Source: Macrostomum lignano (lineage: Eukaryota). From it: a stretch of 64,000 nt of DNA. The stretch covers positions 284,883 to 348,882 of the forward strand of contig NIVC01000034.1 in NCBI GenBank assembly GCA_002269645.1, read 5' to 3'. A program made the translations under genes and the position numbers. Positions 11,558 to 21,595 of the stretch are shown here, one piece after another; the first letter of the stretch is position 1, and the number at the start of each line of letters is the position of its first letter. The notes beneath the pieces were generated by a model that was not told the origin of the DNA, did no database searches, and saw only the letters and a list, made by a program, of their open reading frames with translations.

Positions 11558-12271
11558 TCAGATCGCGCTGCTACTATCAGGCAGAGGCTGTCTGTGACTC
11601 TCGGTCGGTGCAGCAGTCAGAGCGGGACTGTTCTCAGCCCCGCCAGATGCATTGGAGGCATTCAACGATTTAGACTTAGCAGCAGTGCCAACTGCAGTGG
11701 CTCCGATAGCTTTAGCCGAGGCCGAAGCAGCAATAGCCGAAGCAGACGCAGAGTCAAGAGACGCTCTCAAAGCAGACGAGGGCAGCGTGAGCTTCTTCCA
11801 ATTGGATTTTCTAACAAAGAACAGACTGTCACTGCCAGACGGGTTGCTACTAGAAGAGAAACTAGCCCCCGCAGCATCCGAGGAAGCCTGTTCGAATCCT
11901 TCGAATAGTTGCTTCCTATTGGCCACTTGAAGCGGTCGGACAGTTGTTGACGAGCCCGATGAGCAGCTGTTAGACTTGGGAGACACTCCGATGCTGAAAT
12001 TGTAGTTAGCCTGACTGTTGCCAAGGGCGCGTTGGGCAGCCACTGGGAGCAGAAGATGTTGCTGCGAACTGACACCACCGCTAGACTGTTGAAGATTAAA
12101 TGTTTGACGAGATGCCGACGGCTGAGACAGGCTGAAATAGTTCAGAGGTGCACTCGAAGCCGAGGAAAATGGGCCGATGCCTGATCCCGCGGCTGAACCA
12201 GACGAAGAGGTCGACATTTGGCGAGTCAGGTGAGCGGTGCCGTATGGTAGGGTCTGGACTAAGTCGAGTAC
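11558..12271 (-). CDS. NUP98: Nup98 post-FG exon ending in TGA
   Basis: Acceptor ccgcAG 12273-12272. Translates VLDLVQTLPYG...RKQLFEGFE...RKSNWKKLTL...SSAI*. No consensus donor before the stop. Confidence 0.85.
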   Translation of the reverse strand, partial: VLDLVQTLPYGTAHLTRQMSTSSSGSAAGSGIGPFSSASSAPLNYFSLSQPSASRQTFNLQQSSGGVSSQQHLLLPVAAQRALGNSQANYNFSIGVSPKSNSCSSGSSTTVRPLQVANRKQLFEGFEQASSDAAGASFSSSSNPSGSDSLFFVRKSNWKKLTLPSSALRASLDSASASAIAASASAKAIGATAVGTAAKSKSLNASNASGGAENSPALTAAPTESHRQPLPDSSSAI

Positions 12272-15200
12272 CTGCGGTCAAGTTTTAGAGACGAGGGAGA
12301 TGGTTAATTTAGATTATAATTGTGCTGAAACAACTGTTGAAAGATTGGGAAATGTGCCAGCAGCTAAGCATCTGATCTTGTTTCTCTTTTCCCAACAGAA
12401 ACGTGGACATATGGGAGATTAGGTGTCAGTAAAAGTGATACCTGAGGATCAGGGAAGGTGTCAGTAACTGTGATATCTGAGGATCAGGGAAGGTGTCAGT
12501 AACTGTGATACCTGAGGATCAGGGAAGGTGTCAGTAACTGTGATACCTGAGGATCAGGGAAGGTGTCAGTAACTGTGATACCTGAGGATCAGGGAAGGTG
12601 TCAGTAACTGTGATATCTGAGGATCAGGGAAGGTGCCAGTAACTGTGATACCTGAGGATCAGGGAAGATGTCAGTAACTGTGATATCTGAGGATCAGGGA
12701 AGGTGCCAGTAACTGTGATACCTGAGGATCAGGGAAGGTGTCAGTAACTGTGATATCTGAGGATCAGGGAAGGTGTCAGTAACTGTGATACCTGAGGATC
12801 AGGGAAGGTGTCAGTAACTGTGATACCTGAGGATCAGGGAAGGTGTCAGTAACTGTGATACCTGAGGATCAGGGAAGGTGTCAGTAACTGTGATACCTGA
12901 GGATCAGGGAAGGTGTCAGTAACTGTGATACCTGAGGATCAGGGAAGGTGTCAGTAACTGTGATACCTGAGGATCAGGGAATGTGTCGTAACTGTGATAC
13001 CTGAGGATCAGGGAAGGTGTCAGTAACTGTGATACCTGAGGATCAGGGAAGGTGTCAGTAACTGTGATACCTGAGGATCAGGGAAGGTGTCAGTAACTGT
13101 GATATCAGAGGATCAGTTAGTATTTAAGCCAGTCACCCTCACCTGCTGTTGCACCCTAGCCTGCTGCAACAGTGCCTCATCATGATTAGCGCTTAATCCG
13201 ATAGACTGCGGAGCAGCGGCTTGAGCTGTCTGTCCAGGCAGAGCATAGGACTGCTGATGCAACTGGAACGGCTGATTAGGCATCATCAGTGACGAAGCCT
13301 GTTGCTGACCAACTCCAGTTTGCAGGCCTGACTGAAACGGAGTCTGACCGAGCATCAAACCGCCCGTGGTGCCGCCGCCAAGAGCGGATGGTTGACCAGC
13401 TGAAGGCAAGCTGAAACCAAACGAGCCGCCAACTGAGGCTGCTGGAGCGCCGGCGGTGGCGCCGAAGGACAAGCCGGCGCTTGGTGTTGGCTGGGTTGCA
13501 CCGAACAGCGGCTTCGCCTGAATTTTGAAATTCAGGTTAGAGAAATTATGTATAATCTTGGCGTTAGTCTATTGATATTAGTAGGAGAATAACCAGAATA
13601 ACTAGATGGGCCACTCAGCACATTTGCGTGTAAGCTACTATCAGTTCAGTAGTAAGCTAAACTGAAGCATTTTAATGTACTTTAAATTAAAGACAAGGCC
13701 CAGCCCATTTATTAGCTCTTACCCCCCCCCCAAGCTTGAACCCACAAACTCCACACAGAGCCTCTAACCCAATTTTTATTACCTTCCTCGGTTGTTACAG
13801 CCTAAAATCTGTCTTGTACATTTTTGTGGCTAATGTACATACATTACGGCTGAACCAATTAGCAAGCTTGTTTAGTTAGTCTAGTAGCTGTGAGATAGGG
13901 TTAGAGTTTTGGTTAAGGTATAGCATTAGTAATAGGTTAAGCATAGGATTTAGATTTGTATTAGGATTAAGAAGTTTAGAATAAGGGTTTAGGTTAGATT
14001 TAGGATAAGGGTTTAGGTTAGGTTTAGGATAAGGCTTTAGGTTAGGTTTAGGATAAGGCTTTAGGTTAGGTTTAGGATAAGGCTTTAGGTTAGGTTTAGG
14101 ATAAGGCTTTAGGTTAGGTTTAGGATAGGGCTTTAGGTTAGGTTTAGGATAAGGCTTTAGGTTAGGTTTAGGATAAGGCTTTAGGTTAGGTTTAGGATAA
14201 GGCTTTAGGTAAGGTTTAGGATAGGGCTTTAGGTTAGGTTTAGGATAAGGCTTTAGGTTAGGTTTAGGATAGGGCTTTAGGTTAGGTTTAGGATAAGGCT
14301 TTAGGTTAGGTTTAGGATAAGGCTTTAGGTTAGGTTTAGGATAAGGCTTTAGGTTAGGTTTAGGATAAGGCTTTAGGTTAGGTTTAGGATAAGGCTTTAG
14401 GTTAATTTGTTAGGTTTAGGATAGGGCTGTAGGTTAGGTTGTTAGGTTTAGGATAGGTTTAGGGGGTTTGGTTAGGTTTAGGATAAGGGTTAGGTTTAGT
14501 TTAGGCCTTTGACAATAGAATGAATATAGAGGAACAACAATAAGAATGATAAACCGGAACCACAGAAGTGAGGCACTAATAGCATCGCACAATAGAAACT
14601 CACCGCGCCGGCTCCAAAGCCGCCCGTAGCGCCGAAAAATCCGCCGCCGGCGCTTGACACCACAGTTCCAGCCGGCGCCGATGTTGCCGCCGACGGGGCG
14701 CCAAAAAACGACGTAGCGGCGCCGCCTGTAGCTGGCGTCGACCCGACTGAAGCGCCAAATGCGAACGGTTTCGCCGCATTCGCCGCTCCAGCAGAGTTGC
14801 CACCGCCAAACAAGCCGCCGCCAGTGGCGCCGGCGCTAAATCCAAACGCCGATCCTGTCGCAGTGGCGCCAGGCGCCGCCGCAGTAGATGTCGATATTCC
14901 GGCGCCAAAAGCAAACGGGCTTGGCTTGGCGCCGGCGTTAGCACCGGCGCCGCCGAAAAGTCCACCCGTGGTGGCGCCAGACGCGGCTCCGGCGCTTCCG
15001 CCAAACAGAGAAGTGGCGCCAGGCGCGGCGGCGCCAGCAACCGAAGCAGGCTGGCTAGCGGGGGCGCCGAACATAAATCCGGTAGGTTTGACGCCGCCAG
15101 CCGTAGCCGCGCCGGCGCCAAACAGACCACCGGCGCCGGCTGTAGAAGTGGCGCCGCCAGTGGACGCGCCGAATCCAAATAGGCTGCTGCCAGTTCCGGC

Positions 15201-16940
15201 GCCGCTAGCGGCTACGCTGCCGAAGGTTGGCACGCCAGCCGTGGCGGCGCCAAATGGCTTAGCAGCCGTTGAAGTGGCGCCGGCGCCGCCAAAGAGGCCG
15301 CCGCCGCCAGTTGTAGCGCCAGCAGAGGCGCCAGCGCCAAACAGGCCGCCGCCAGTTGCCGGAGGGGCGCCAGCACCCGCGCCGGTGGAGGCTCCAGCGC
15401 CAAACATGCCAACGCCGGCGCTGGAGGCGCCAGACTGCGGCGCGCGCCGACCAGCTTGATAATCTTCAAGGCGCAGCTCCTCCAGACTACCGGCTTGATA
15501 CTCTTTCATGGCCGTGATCACCATGTGCTTGGTGTTCACTGTCTGCTGGGCACCGCCCTTGGCCTGCAAGGTTAGATGAGCGATTATTGATGCAATAATT
15601 GACTAGGATTAACTTCTGGCTGCATTTCAGTGATAAAAAGGCCTTTGTTTATTGTCATTTTCACCAAAATTGTAAATCATTGATACCGCATTCACGCTAA
15701 TTCTAAACTGCTTTCTCACTAATCTTAAACTGCATTCACACAAATCCTAAATCGAATTCACACCAATCCTAAACCGCATTCACACTAATATACAACTACA
15801 TTCACACTAATCCTCAACCGCATTCACACTAATCCTAAGTCACATTCACACCAATCCTAAATCGCATTCACACTAATCATACATAAACTGCTTTCTCACT
15901 AATCCTAAACTGCTTTCTCACTTATCCTAAACTGCATTCACACAAATCCTAAATCGCATTCACACCAATCCTAAACTGCTTTTTCACTAATCCTAAGTCA
16001 AATTCACACCAATCCTAAACCGCATTCACACTAATCCTAAACTGCATTCACACCAATCGTCAACCGCATCACACTAATCCTAAGTCACATTCACACCAAT
16101 CCTAAACCGCATTCACATTAATAATAAACTGCTTTCTTACCAATCCTAAACTGCATTTACACAAATCCTAAACTGCATTCACACAAATCCTAAATCGCAT
16201 TCACACCAATCCTAAACTGCTTTTTCACTAATCCTAAGTCATATTCACACCAATCCTAAAGCGCATTCACACTAATCCTAAACTGCATTCACACTAATCC
16301 TAAGTCACATTCACACTAATCCTCAACCGCATTCACACTAATCATAAATCACGTACACACTAATCATCAACCGCATTCACACTAATCCTAAACCGCATTC
16401 ACACTAATCCTAAATCACATACACACTAATCCTAAACCGCATTCACACTAATCCTAAACCACATTCACACTAATCAACAACAGCAGTCACACATTCACAA
16501 CAGAGCACAGTGAACGGCATATACCTGAGTGGAGCTCTCAGTCCCTATTGGCGGATTAAAGGCCGGCCTGTTACCAGCCGACATGCCGCCAAGACCGCCA
16601 ACTGTGGCGCCGCCGGCGGCGCCAAAACCACCAGAGGCGCCAAACAGGCCGGCGCCGCCACCGCCACCAGCAACTGTACCAGTTCCAACGCCGCCAAAGG
16701 CTGAACCAGTGGCAGCAGAAACACCAGCAGTTGGTTGCACACCCACACCAACTGTAGGCTGCTGCATCATGCCAAATGTACCAGTGGCGCCAGTAGGCCG
16801 AGCAGCGGCGCCAAAAAGGCCAGTGGTGCCAGTTCCAGTGGCGCCAGCCGAAGGGCTGCCAAAAAGGCCGCCCCCAGTGCCAGCGGCTGGGGTTCCGACT
16901 GTTGGAGTTGCAGGTTTGCCAAATGGATTGCTGCCGAACA
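11558..16940 (-). CDS. NUP98: Nup98 FG/GLFG-repeat nucleoporin with GLEBS motif; no autoproteolytic domain seen
   Basis: Exons 16940-16525, 15563-14604, 13517-13143, 12271-11558(TGA); all internal junctions are phase 0. GLFG repeats, GLEBS motif NTKHMVITAMKEYQAGSLEELRLEDY, QTLPYG, RKQLFEGF and FFVRKSNWKKLTL motifs. About 821 aa if the first A of ATG comes from an upstream exon. Confidence 0.93.
12420..13115. repeat. Intronic minisatellite, 35-bp unit AGGTGTCAGTAACTGTGATACCTGAGGATCAGGGA
   Basis: About 19 near-identical units; hairpin cores CAGT-A-ACTG and CCTGA-GGA-TCAGG. Confidence 0.95.
13143..13517 (-). CDS. NUP98: Nup98 late FG exon
   Basis: Acceptor aattcAG 13519-13518, donor GTGAGG 13142. 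Translates AKPLFGATQP...SFGFS...Q-rich. Confidence 0.85.
13960..14500. repeat. Intronic TTAGG-rich minisatellite, 24-bp unit TTAGGTTAGGTTTAGGATAAGGCT
   Basis: About 20 units; telomere-like pentamers but not a canonical telomere array. Confidence 0.92.
14604..15563 (-). CDS. NUP98: Nup98 GLEBS plus GLFG exon
   Basis: Acceptor cttgcAG 15565-15564, donor GTGAGT 14603. 960 nt, phase 0-0, contains the GLEBS (Rae1-binding) motif. Confidence 0.95.
15690..16480. repeat. Intronic minisatellite, 22-bp unit CACACTAATCCTAAACCGCATT
   Basis: About 35 degenerate units. Confidence 0.92.
16525..16940 (-). CDS. NUP98: Nup98 N-terminal FG exon
   Basis: Acceptor ttgtAG 16942-16941 followed by TG TTC GGC = (M)FGSNPFG. 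Donor GTATAT at 16524. Confidence 0.9.
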
Positions 16941-19266
16941 CTACAATTGGTTGTTTAGTTTTAGTTGTTTAAGTTAGTTTGCTTTGTCAGTGTGTTGCGT
17001 GAGCATACTACATAAGTCATGATTCATGAATATTTAGAAGTAAAAGTGAAATGAATACAGTGTGATACAATTCACAATGTATTCACCTATAGCTCAAGAA
17101 TAATTCCATTTACTAGATGATTGAACATGGAATATGAGAACCCTGATTCAAATGGATCATTAGTTGCAGAATATGAATCCAGTAGAGATACAAGCTATTA
17201 AAACCTACAGATTTTTTATTTTTTAAAGCAAAACCCTAAATTCCAATTAATAGAACTATCTTTGCATTGATTTTTTAATTTGAAGTCATGCTCAAACAAA
17301 AACTTGTTAACAGTTAGGGAAAAGGCTAACAAAGATAGGAGCAAATACATGTTAAATTAAGATTTGAGGCTTTTGCAACTTCTCCTCTCTTCAACCTTCT
17401 CATCTGTTTCCTATATTTATTTTCTCTCATCCCTCATACCTCCTCTCTCCTTTCCTTTCTCTTCTTTTTACATTCTTATCTCTCTTATCATCTCTTTCCA
17501 CTCTACTCTTTGATCTTATCTCTCCTCTCTAATCTTTCCTTTTATCTCTTATCTATTTTCTCCTCTCCTTCTTTCTCTTGTCTCCTTTTTCCTCTCTCTT
17601 CTCTTTTCTGATCTCATCTATTATCTTTCTCATGAGAGAGATGAATCTCTCTCCTCACCTAGCTTTTCTCTTTTCTTTTATCTTTTCTCCGATTGCATTG
17701 CTTACCTCTGTTTGCTTATCTCTAATTGATTCTTTTATCCCCTCTGCTTTGAAGTAAGAAAGTTTGCTTACATTTTTGCTAAAGATAAGAGGAGAAAAGA
17801 GGGCATTGAGGAAAAGGGTAGAGAGAAAAAGGGAGAAAGAAGGGAGGAGAAAAGAGGAGAGAAAAAAGGAGAGAAGAGAGGAGGAAAAAGGGAGAGAAAG
17901 AAAAGGGAAGGTTAGGAAGAGAGAGAGAAGAGAGTTAAAGAGACCAACCTAGAGAGAGAGAAGAGCCCTTCTAGGCCAGATAGAGGGGCTTCACAAGCTA
18001 GAGTTTGCCAACCCTTGCTTCAGAGTTTGAGAAATCAATGGGAAACTGTTGGGATAGGCTGTTGATTTCAAAGATCTTGTCTGTAATTGAAGGCTTCTAT
18101 TCTAGGTTTGCTCTCCTGCTATACTTGCATCTACTATCCTGATTGCCTCTGATTGCAACTTAGTCGCTCCTTTTATGACTTTACCTAATCATTTTGCAAT
18201 TCATCTAATTATTTTGCAACTTACCTAATCATTTTTGTGACTTAGTTGCTCTTTTTGCAACTTATCTAATCATTTGTACTGCTTAATTTGCTTTAGTTGC
18301 AACTTGTTTTTCTTTTGCTTTATTATTATATTTCCTTATATTGCACTTTTTTCTCTTTTTTCTTGCCTTTCTTTCTTTCTTTGGTCTTGGGATTTTTCAT
18401 TTTTGGTTAACTCAACTTTGCAACTTACCCTAGTTAATTACAATTTATAGTGGCTAGATCGGCCATGTCTGCCAGCAGTTGTGCATATATGGCAGAGAAA
18501 ATATTAACATTAGCTACTTGCTGTCTGATAGATACTTGCTATCTAGGAGTAGGAGATATTTGCTATTGTATCTAGAGGTTGGTGCTTACTATTAAGGGAT
18601 GCTTGCTCTCAAAGGAGAAGGGTATACTTGCTATATATATATTCTTTTTATCTAGGGATTCTTGCTATCTGCAATTAGAATTATAGGATACTTGCTATCT
18701 AAGGGATACTTGCTATCTAGATAATGCTTGCTATCTAAGAGATACTTGCTATCTAAGTAAATACTTGTTATCTAGATAGATGCTTATTATCTAGGTGGAT
18801 AATTGTTATCTAAAGAGATATTTGCTATTTATTTCTAAGAAATATCTCTTAGAAATAAAGAAATATTTCTAAGAGGATGCTAGCTATCTTAGGCCTTAAG
18901 TTAGAGACAATTTCTATTTAAGAAAGAGAATGTCTACTATCTTTATGAAGCGTTTTTATTCTTTTTCTATAATTTTACAAAAAGAGATTCATAGTAAATA
19001 TCTTTGTCCATGATAATTGTACTCAAATAAGATGATTTGTAAAACAAAAGAATTAGTTTTTTTTAAATGTGCTTTTTTAATTGTTTTCCATGGATAATTT
19101 TTGCTCCTTGGCCTTACTTATTATGTGCCCTGAAGGAAGCACTAGATTGCTAAGTTTAGAACTAAACTAGGCCTACTAAAATTGAAATGGATTTTTAAAA
19201 GAAAAGTAAAAAAAAACATTTTAATTAATATAATTTTAATCATAACATAAGCCAATAAGGCTAAGG

Positions 19267-19351
19267 GTAGGGACTTCAGTGAGATTTTGAAAGTTTATTT
19301 TTGTTTTTTCTACATCATTTTCAACTGTCAAAATCTCACTGAAGTCTCTAC
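19267..19351. mobile_element. 85-bp fold-back element (mini-MITE)
   Basis: ~29-bp arms GTAGGGACTTCAGTGAGATTTTGAAAGTT / AACTGTCAAAATCTCACTGAAGTCTCTAC with 2 mismatches, flanked by the direct repeat TAAGG (19262-19266, 19352-19356). Confidence 0.6.
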
Positions 19352-20104
19352 TAAGGTAATATTTTAGGGCAATATTCAATCCTTAAAGTAACTCTATCCT
19401 ATACTATATAGTATATTGACTTGGATATAAATACAAAACATTTCTATTTTTATGGCAAAAATCTAAGAAATCATATTAAAAGACATTAAGACAGTGACTT
19501 ACTTTTAGATTTTTTGTAGCACTTAGACTTGGGTCTTGTTCACTTGGAAAGATTAGGCCTAGGTATTCTTTAAAATTCACTATTAATTGTCTATTAATGT
19601 TTGTTAATAGTCAAAGACTTCTGTAGCAATTAGTTTTCTCTTAACTAAAATTAACTATAACAATTATATGCTAGGCCTAGGGCATATGGCTTCTACAGTT
19701 CTACCTAAGTAGGTGTAGGTTCACTTTGTCTGACTCTATAACTTAATTATTAAAAAATGAAGTCGAGTTTGTTTAATTACAGAGCTGGCTTTCCAAACAC
19801 AAAGTCAGTTTTTAGCAGGCCTTTAGAAAGAAAATGAAAACTTAATTTTAATTGCTTATAGCTTTACAACTAGTTATCAAAACTATGAGCACTTAGTCAT
19901 TTAGTTTATGCTTTGAATTAAGCGCTACACTGTTATTAAACCGCAATTATAAGTATCTCAGGTTGTACTATAATAAAGCTGTTTCTTAGCAGTGCATTTG
20001 CTTATTACGTTATTTACCCTTGATTACAAATTACAATGCAGAGGAAGGAGAATATTTTATTAACTATGTCATTCAGATTGCGAAATCGAAAAATTCAACT
20101 ATAA

Positions 20105-20479
20105 GGGTCTCCCTAAAACACGCACCGCACCGCCCCGACCGCTACACATTATAACATTTTTGTCAATGCAGTATTTTGATTGCAAAGAAAACTATTTGTT
20201 GTAAGAGTAACAGAATAATTAACTTTATTTATTACCTTAATATTATTAATTTTTTTTCATATTCTCGTTTGCATTATTAAATTATATTATTTTTTTATTA
20301 ATATTATTATTAATATCACTTATTATACACCGAATTTAATATTTCAAAGTAAAAAAACTAAATTTTATAAAAGCTTAAAGATTAACATAAAATGCATTTT
20401 GAAATGTCTTCAGTTATAGTCCAATTTGTTTTAACGTGTAGCGCTGTGGGGCGGGGCGGTGCGTGTTTTAGGGAGACCC
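20105..20479. mobile_element. MITE, Mutator-like
   Basis: TIRs GGGTCTCCCTAAAACACGCACCGC / GCGGTGCGTGTTTTAGGGAGACCC; exact 9-bp TSD CAACTATAA at 20096-20104 and 20480-20488. Confidence 0.8.
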
Positions 20480-20715
20480 CAACTATAATAGAAAGTTAAA
20501 ATATGCAAGCAGAATAACAACATATTTTTTTAGTATTTGTACTTACAGCAAACCGAATACAGATAAAAATTTTTTTTGTTTAAAAACAACAAATTAAAAG
20601 CATAACAGGGTAATTTACTTCACTTTTTATTACTGCTTTGCGTCGCAAGTTTTTTTGAAATGGCTTAATATCTAAAAATAGTTCACGACTCTTTTTTTCC
20701 AAGTAAAACTTTAAT

Positions 20716-20915
20716 GGGCCGTATGCAGAAAGCCTAGTCCAGACTAGCTAGTCCGGACTTGGGTAGTTCAGTCTATAGTCTATGGTCCAGCTAGCATAGT
20801 GCTGCTATAGTAGACTGGTCTAACTTTGTGTTTCTGCATACCAAATCCAAGTCCAGACTAGCTTTTCAAGACCGGACTACCGGCTACCCTAGACAGAGCT
20901 TTCTGCATACGGCCC
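20716..20915. mobile_element. MITE, PIF/Harbinger (Tourist)-like
   Basis: 18-bp TIRs GGGCCGTATGCAGAAAGC / GCTTTCTGCATACGGCCC; 3-bp TSD AAT on both sides. Confidence 0.75.
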
Positions 20916-21595
20916 AATAAATCTTCTGCGACGCTATGGACCGACCCAAAAATGTCATCTATCTTTGTATAATTTCCTCATGTTTTTTATTGCATCTTGT
21001 GTGTTTTTATCTAGCCATTACTTTTAGTAGACTCTTTCATTTACCATATGAATAAGCAAGAGGACTCTATATATTTCTGTATTTGGAAATTTGGATTAGA
21101 TGGAGTGTCAGTAGTCACACACTAGTCAGTACCAGTCAGTAGCAATCAATTTTGACTCATGTCACTTTTTTTTAATATGCACTCTAGCATTATAGCATAA
21201 TCTTAGCATAATCTATTTATAAGCAGATACTATGTTGTATACTTGTAACACTTGCAGAATAATAGTAGGAGAGTCTGTCTCATTCCACTTAGGCAGAGCT
21301 ATGCAGTCCAAATTATATTAATAATCAAGTTGGCAGCAGTGGTCTGTCACAATATATTTATATTAGAATACATTTTCCTGGTTTAAAACAAAATATAATA
21401 ATAATATAGAATAATTATTATGATACTATTGTTCCATTTTTTGAAAATCTTATAGCTAAATTTATTTATCATTTATTATCAATGCAATTATATAGGATTA
21501 CTAAACTTTTGTTTTTCAGAAATAAGATTAAAAATACAAACTTGAGACAACTCAAGGCACTTTTCAAGTTTACCCTTTGAAATCCTTCAACTGGC

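Noticed and set aside
1-13115. CRISPR-like appearance of palindromic repeat arrays, including the CCGATATGTATCG motif with variable spacers
   Set aside because: Units are contiguous or spacers are mutually similar, there are no cas genes, and the context is spliceosomal introns.
13960-14500. Interstitial telomere
   Set aside because: The unit is a 24-bp composite with TTAGG variants, not (TTAGGG)n or pure (TTAGG)n.
14600-16977. Pro/Ala-rich antisense and alternative-frame ORFs
   Set aside because: Shadows of the GC-rich Nup98 FG exons.
17350-17960. CT-rich tract followed by a GA-rich tract (possible fold-back or triplex)
   Set aside because: Low complexity with no precise inverted alignment seen.
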